Part shown: positions 14,011 through 64,000 of the stretch, in pieces
Layout: each line of letters begins with the position of its first letter
Numbering within the stretch: the stretch's first letter is position 1
From: Octopus vulgaris
Lineage: Eukaryota
Assembly (NCBI GenBank): GCA_951406725.2
Contig: OX597840.1
Span: 13,330,001 to 13,394,000, forward strand
Length of the DNA: 64,000 bases
Direction of reading: 5' to 3'
Position numbers and translations under genes: made by a program
The notes under the pieces: generated by a model
Databases searched by the model: none
What the model saw: the letters and a program-made list of their open reading frames with translations, nothing else
What the model was told of the DNA's origin: nothing

Positions 14011-14552
14011 AACTGTCAACGTGAATCGCTGGTCCTTCTGTTAGATCGATTCTTGGAAGACTCTTTCTTTCTTACATTCTCTTTATTAACTAAACTCTCA
14101 TAACACTGGGTGGCTTCATCTTTTTTTTTCCTATCAGTGAATGTGCATGTCATGGTTAATGTTCTCCTTAATTATTCTACTTAACAACATTTGATTCAGT
14201 AAGAGCATGTGCGCTGATAAGCATTCTAGACACTGTTATCTTCAATGACCTCTGAATGATATCTCAACCAAAAAATAACCAAAGTCATCAAATAACGTCT
14301 ACTTTCCAGTGCTGACATGGATTAGACGGTTTGACAGCTGCTGCTATACAAGAGGTCGATTGCCAATCTCTGATGTCTGTTTTGGTATCGTTTCTACTGC
14401 TGAGTGCTTTGCATGTGGCATCAACACTAATGAGTCACAGGTGATGTCACTCTCAAACAAAGACCTCTTAACTGGAGTTGAGACACAGGCGTGGCTGTGT
14501 GTTAAGAAGGTTGCTTTCCAACCACATGGTTCTGGGTTTAGTCCAGCTGCAT

Positions 14553-15095
14553 GGTGAGCTGGCAGAAACGTTAGTACGCCGGGCGAAATGCTTCGCGGTA
14601 TTTCGTCTGCCGGTACGTTCTGAGTTCGAATTCCGCCGAGGTCAACTTTGCCTTTCACCCTTTCGGGGTCGATGAATTAAGTACCAGTTACACACTGGGG
14701 TCGATGTAATCGACTTAATACCTATGTCTGTCCTTGTTTGTCCCCTATATGTTTAGCCCCTTGTGTGTAATAAAGAAATAGGTATTTGGGGTAAGTATCT
14801 TCTATTATAGCCTCGGGCTGACCAAACATTTTGAGTGGATTTGGTAGATAGAATCTGAAAAGGTGGCGAGCTGGCAGAAACGTTAACATGCCGGGCGAAA
14901 TGCTTAGCGATATTTCCTCTGCTGCTACGTTCTGAGTTCAAATTCCACCGAGGTCGACTTTGCCTTTCATCCTTTCGGGGTCGATTAAATAAGTACCAGT
15001 TACGCACTGGGGTCGATATAATCGGCTTAATTCATTTGTCTGTCTTTATTTGTCCCCTCCATGTGTGTAGCCCCTTGTGGGCAGTAAAGAAATAA
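14553..15095 (+). mobile_element. Two SINE family B copies nested in a family A SINE
   Basis: gagctggcagaaacgttag...gagttcaaattcc...gcctttcatcctttcggggtcgat at 14553 and 14862, interrupting family A sequence. Confidence 0.8.
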
Positions 15096-15552
15096 GAAAC
15101 TGGAAGGAGCCCGTCGTGTATATGTATATGTGTGTCCTTGTGTCTACGTTTGTCCCATCACCACTGCTGGACAACCAGTGTTGGTATGTTTACATCCCTG
15201 TATGTTACCAGCGAAGGGAATATCCAGTATGTGCATCTCTGATCATAAGCAAGTGTAGTGGGGCAGGGGCGGCATCACAGCCATGTGCCGAGAAGCATTT
15301 TGGGGGATTTGAATAAATGAAAGAAAAGCAAAGTTTGAAGGAAATATTATTCATTTTTCATACTTTCTAGAAGTAAGCAAACAGGAAAAAAACAGTTGCT
15401 GCCCAAGGACAAAAATCGTGTTGTAATCAATACGTGGGTCAATATTTATACGATATCAAGAGTTATTTCTGTTTATTTATAGTTCTTACCAAACATAAAA
15501 GACCTTGTAAAGTAAAACTGGTTGAAAGAAGCAAGCATTTGCCAGATTTAAA

Positions 15553-59043
<43,491 letters not shown>

Positions 59044-59143
59044 CAAAATCCTAATAACATCGACTGAAAATGAGTTTAAAACTTTATATTTTATAAGAAA
59101 GCAAGCAAGCATAGATAGATACAAGTATACAAATGAATGAATG

Positions 59144-59228
59144 AATAAAGGACATAATGCGTTTCATATATTTTGTGCATGTATAGAAATAAATTGTGAT
59201 TTTACTCTCTAAGTAGCCAGGAAATAAA
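59144..59228 (+). promoter_or_regulatory. Cluster of candidate AATAAA polyadenylation signals (59144, 59188, 59223)
   Basis: Three AATAAA hexamers 100-185 nt after the stop codon; the AT-rich context lowers specificity. Confidence 0.45.
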
Positions 59229-59394
59229 TCGTAACATCGGATGGCAGTTTTTAGGAAATATTCTCTAAAATAGACCATCGAAAGAAGCTGGTCTTGGTAC
59301 TTTATATTAAATTGCGCATTATCTGCCTGGATGTGAATCGTTGATAATTTTTATCCTCCGTCTTCCGTTTCTCTTGAACTTTCCTCCATCTCAT

Positions 59395-59429
59395 GTTTCT
59401 GACGAGGAGCTTTGCTCGAAACGTAAAAC
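59395..59429 (+). ncRNA. Minimal type I hammerhead ribozyme downstream of the GCLC-like stop
   Basis: gttt-CTGACGA-g-gagc(ttt)gctc-GAAA-cg-TA-aaac. Confidence 0.75.
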
Positions 59430-59877
59430 TACCTTTCTTTCCTTCTCTGAGCGTCTGCTAATACTTTACATGTACCGCGTCCTCGCGTTGTTTTTTTTTT
59501 GTGTTCTTTTTTTTTAATTCAATATAATTAATAATTTATATTCATGTTTTTTAATAATTGCTTGTATTCCTATTTTATATGCATTGAATAATATACTATA
59601 TGTATTTATGTTATTATGGTTGTCGTTTTGATAAATAAATAAGTCAACATTTTAATGTTCTAAAGTTGATGAACCAACTAATGTGCTTCTCCATTTTCTT
59701 ATTTGTAATATAAACTAATGGTAAAATATTTCTTTACCTTCACCCATTTAATACAATAAGTAAGTTAATTGCAATGCTATTAAAACACTGGTGTATTAAT
59801 AATTGGGTATTATACCAACAGTATATTGGATAAATATTATCCTTTAGTGGGTTGGATCTACAACCCCTAACTTACTT

Positions 59878-59942
<65 letters not shown>

Positions 59943-60030
59943 ATAATAATAATAAATAGGGAATAAATCCAAATTTACAGGGAAAAATCAGATTTAGGAT
60001 TGAATCCAATTTTATAGTAAAATATTATAT

Positions 60031-60209
60031 TATATTAAATTAGAGACAAAACTACTATTATGCAAATCAAACAAAGAAAGACTTAAGCCAATACATAAAA
60101 TAATTTATATAAATTAAATTTAATTAAAATAACCACTAAATTTATTTTATGTATTGGCTTAAGTCTTTCTTTGTTTGATTTGCATAATAGTGGTTTTGTC
60201 TCTAATTTA

Positions 60210-60214
<5 letters not shown>
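60031..60214. repeat. Palindrome between (TA)n tracts, same family as 12088..12188
   Basis: aattagagacaaaactactattatgcaaatc... / ...gatttgcataatagtggttttgtctctaatt. Confidence 0.85.
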
Positions 60215-60257
<43 letters not shown>

Positions 60258-60905
60258 GATATTTAATATAGATTATTTCTCCTTTTTCGAGATCAGCGAC
60301 ATTTTGTTGCAGGAAAAAGCATATAGTGTTTTGCGAGTGGAGTGAGTTCTTCATCGATAGCTGGCGATTATCACACGCTGAAGACGGGTAACCACTCAGA
60401 AACCCGGGTCTGTGTGTATCACGTAAGGCTAGAGATAGGAGCGATGACCTCTCCTCGCAAATACTAATTAGACACAGACAGAGTGTCGTTAGCCAGCTGG
60501 AAGATGATGTCTTCCTGAGGCTAAAAATAACAGTAACATCGTCCTGTATGGGATCGCCACATTTAATTTGCAAATATAATTTACGATATATGTATATGTA
60601 TATAGTTACACAGACACACACGTTACATTATGAAACAGGGTCAAGTGAAAATTCCGTAAAAAAATATACTAGAAATTATTATATTATATATATACACACA
60701 CGCACGCGTGCGCCATACATCAACAAGGAAGTTCTAGTCCAACGCCTTGTGTGTAAAATCAATTACAAACCACATAACAAAATCGTTAACCTACCGTCGT
60801 TATTTTCCATTTTCGATATCTCTTCCTTGGCAAATGAACTTAGTTATCCATGCTCTTCTGTACTTTAAACCTCAATCTACTGGGTCGGTCGTTTGCTGAA
60901 CGTTA

Positions 60906-61119
60906 CAGTAATCCTTCGCCATATCGAGGTTCACCTATCGCGGTTTATTATTTAAGCTTACATCGATTCCTCCGTGGTGTTGTTTTGCATTTATAATAAA
61001 ATGAATATATACAAATTATAAAAATAATAAGACATATACAGTACTGCTTCTACTTCGCGGATTTTCACCTATCGCGGGGATTTTGGAGCGTAACACCCGC
61101 GATAGACCAGGGATTACAG
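60906..61119. mobile_element. Tigger-like MITE
   Basis: TA|cagtaatcctt...agggattacag|TA. Confidence 0.6.
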
Positions 61120-61959
61120 TATTTGCATTACATCTTATCCCCTTTTAAAAATAGGATCACATTCAGTTATGAAGATCAAGATCAGTGTTTAGCACAAGGA
61201 CTGATCCTGTTGAGAAAGGGTTCTGGTCGATTAAGTCAACTCAATACTCAACTAGTACGCATTTTATTGATCTCTGAAAGGATGAAAAGCAGACGACCTC
61301 GGTGGAATTTGAACTCGAGATGTAAAAAGTATGAAGAAATTCCACTAAGCATTTCGTCCGCCTCGCTAACCATTCTGCCAGCTGTGGTCCACAAAAGTAG
61401 TACTGAGGGTCCGTGAACATGTTAAGCTGACAGTCCTTTCAATATCCTGGGGTCCGTGGAAAAACTCATTTAAATAAAAATGGCCCTTGGTTGGGAAAAA
61501 GTTGGGAACCACCTATTGTCGACAGGGGGATAAACAGGTGGGGGGGGCAAACAAGGACAAACAAAGGGATTAAGTCGGATACATCGACCCCAGTTCGTAA
61601 CTGGTACTTATTTAATCGACCCCGAAAGGATGAAAGGCAAAGTCGGAATTTGAATTCAGAACGAAATGCCTATTTCTTTACTACCCACAAGGGGCTAAAC
61701 ACAGAGAGGACAAACAAGGACAGATAAACGAATTAAGTCGATTATATCGACCCCAGTACGTAACTGGTACTTATTTAATCGACCCCGAAAGGATGAAAAG
61801 CAAAGTCGACCTCGGCGGAATTTGAACTCCTAACGTAACGGATGACGAAATACGGCTACGCATTTCGCCCGGCGTGCTAACATTTCTGCCAGCTCGCCGC
61901 CCTTGGATATTAACCATGACATTAAACCAGAAATCAGCCTCGTGCCAGCTGGCAGAATG

Positions 61960-62450
61960 GTTAGTTAGACGGACAAAATGCTCTGTGGAATTTCTGCGGG
62001 CTTTTTACGTCCCGAATTCAAATTCCACCGCGGTCGTCTGCTTTTCATCCTTTCAGAGATTAATAAAATGCGTAGTAGCCGATTTATTGAGTTGACATAA
62101 TCGACTAGAAGAACCCTTTCTCAACAGTTAGAGAGACGGACAAAATGCTCAGTGGAATTTCTTCAGGCTTTTTTCGTCCCGAGTTCAAATTCCAACGAGG
62201 TCGTCTGCTTTTCATCCTTTCAGAAATTAATAAAAATGCGCACTAACTGATTATTGAGTTGACTTACTCGACTAGAAGAACCCTTTCTCAACAGTTAGTG
62301 AGACAGACAAAATGCTCTGTGGAATTTCTGCAGGATTTTTACGTCCCGAGTTCAAATTCCAACGAGGTCGTCTGCTTTTCATCCTTTCAGATGCGTACAA
62401 GCTGAGTATTGAGTTGACTTAATCGATTAGAAGAACCTTTTCTCAACAGT
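61960..62450 (+). repeat. Three tandem ~166-bp SINE-B-derived units
   Basis: gacggacaaaatgctc...gttcaaattcc...ctgcttttcatcctttcag...gaagaaccctttctcaacag x3. Confidence 0.88.
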
Positions 62451-62743
62451 TTCAGTCTTTGTGCTAATGTTTGAAACCAATATTAAATCATAAAGTGCCA
62501 CAGTTTGTCAAAACCAGACCTTACGTTGGTTCATAGAGACGGATGCTATGTGGTTAATAGTATGCGAGGATAGGTGTTATAAGATATGAGATGATGGGGA
62601 AATGTAGAACAGAGTACAGTAGAGCGATGAAATGAGAGGCATGTCAACGCATGACGTAACAGAAAAGACAGACGAAAAGAGCAAAGAATTAAGACTTAAG
62701 ATACATTTTGTAGATAAATGCATATTAGTTACACACACACACA

Positions 62744-62841
<98 letters not shown>

Positions 62842-63049
62842 TAATTTTATTTGTTTCAGTCATTTGACTGCGGCCATGCTGGAGCACCACCTTTAGTCGA
62901 ACAAATCGACAGCAAGACTTATTCTCCGTAAGCCTGGTACTTATTCTATCAGTCTCTTTTGCCGAACAGCTTAGTAACGGGGACGTAAATACACCAACAT
63001 TGGTTGTCAAGCAATGAGTGAAATGGGTACAGTGAACCTGCCGTGAGGA

Positions 63050-63830
63050 GTGGAATATCTAACGCTTCGGATTCAATCCTTCGTCAGGGGACAGAGAAAA
63101 AGAGAAGGAGAAAAGTCAAGCAGAGTTTACATCGTCTCAGCTTGAGAAACTGGCTGCAACTGATAATGGACGCAGAAAAACACGGTCTGCTAACGTGAAA
63201 CGGAAGTTATAGGAGAAGGAATGCAGAAAGGAAAAGGGTGATGGTGAGGGTAGAGGTACATGAATATGGGAATGTTGCAGAGAGAGTGTGGAAGAAGGAT
63301 TAATAAGGGTAAAAAAGAATTAAGAGGAGGTGAAAAGATGAAAGGCAAAACGTTCATTCAAACCTGTCAGGGACATAGTGCCAAGATGCTTAAGGTTAGG
63401 CTTATCCCTCCTGTCTTGGTTTGAGCCAACATAATCTACGCGTGCATCGCAGAATGTGTTAAAGCCTATCAACATTAGAGAGTGTGACGTACCAGAAATA
63501 GTGCCAAGATCAAATATGAGACGTTGCTCCTTTCGTTTCTTAGAGAAGGGGGTCCGTGGTGCAAGTCCATACCACACACTGATAAATCTGCAATAGAATG
63601 ATTCACAGTGTTGAAGTGGGTAGCAACAAGTTGGCCTGACATGCGTAGCATTATGCTTCTGATGTATTCGCGAAAGCGATCCCAAGGTGTCACCCTGTTT
63701 CTCCAATGTAAAGAGCACCGCAGAGTTTGCGTATGATGCAATATATGAGATTCGCCGAAGTGCAGCAGAAGTGATGTGTTATGTGATATTGCTTCTATGG
63801 GCCCTGTGAATAACCTATCTAGGTAAGTTA
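63050..63830 (-). mobile_element. Penelope-like element 3' end: decayed GIY-YIG endonuclease plus degenerate HHR
   Basis: Minus strand CTSANLIYCIIRKLCGALYIGETG, DRFREYIRSI, VATHFN...HS, RKEQRLIFDLGT; CTGACGA-a-ggat(tga)atcc-GAAG-cg-TT at ~63060..63090. Confidence 0.85.
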
Positions 63831-64000
63831 TGGGAGACCCATCTCTACTTGACCATGTCCACACTAGAGCGTTCCTGAATTTCAATCTAATAGCTGGAAG
63901 CGACTTAGCAGATCCTTAAGGTTAGGCTTATCCCTCCTGTCTTGGTTTGAGCCAACATAATCTACGCGTGCATCGCAGAATGTGTTAAAGCCTATCAACA

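Overview
AT-rich, microsatellite-dense animal genomic DNA. The SINE families and (TA)n/(CA)n/(TAA)n content suggest an octopus or other cephalopod (inference). By hand I could assemble one complete protein-coding gene on the + strand: a 16-coding-exon (15553..59043), 606-aa glutamate-cysteine ligase catalytic subunit (GCLC)-like gene, with GT-AG introns and consistent phases. It keeps the metal/ATP/glutamate residues but has lost several motifs of the cysteine-acceptor site, so it may be a neofunctionalised gamma-glutamyl ligase. The rest is transposon debris: RTE and R4/Dong LINEs, Penelope-like fragments, tRNA-SINEs, Helitron derivatives, maT/Tc1, pogo-, hAT- and piggyBac-like MITEs. A second layer is a set of minimal type I hammerhead ribozyme (HHR) motifs. 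Four lie in a ~560-bp tandem/inverted retrozyme-like array in intron 6, one is joined to a tRNA-derived Pol III head, one lies ~350 nt past the stop codon, and three related copies share a non-canonical core. Nearly all ORF-track entries are microsatellite or SINE noise.
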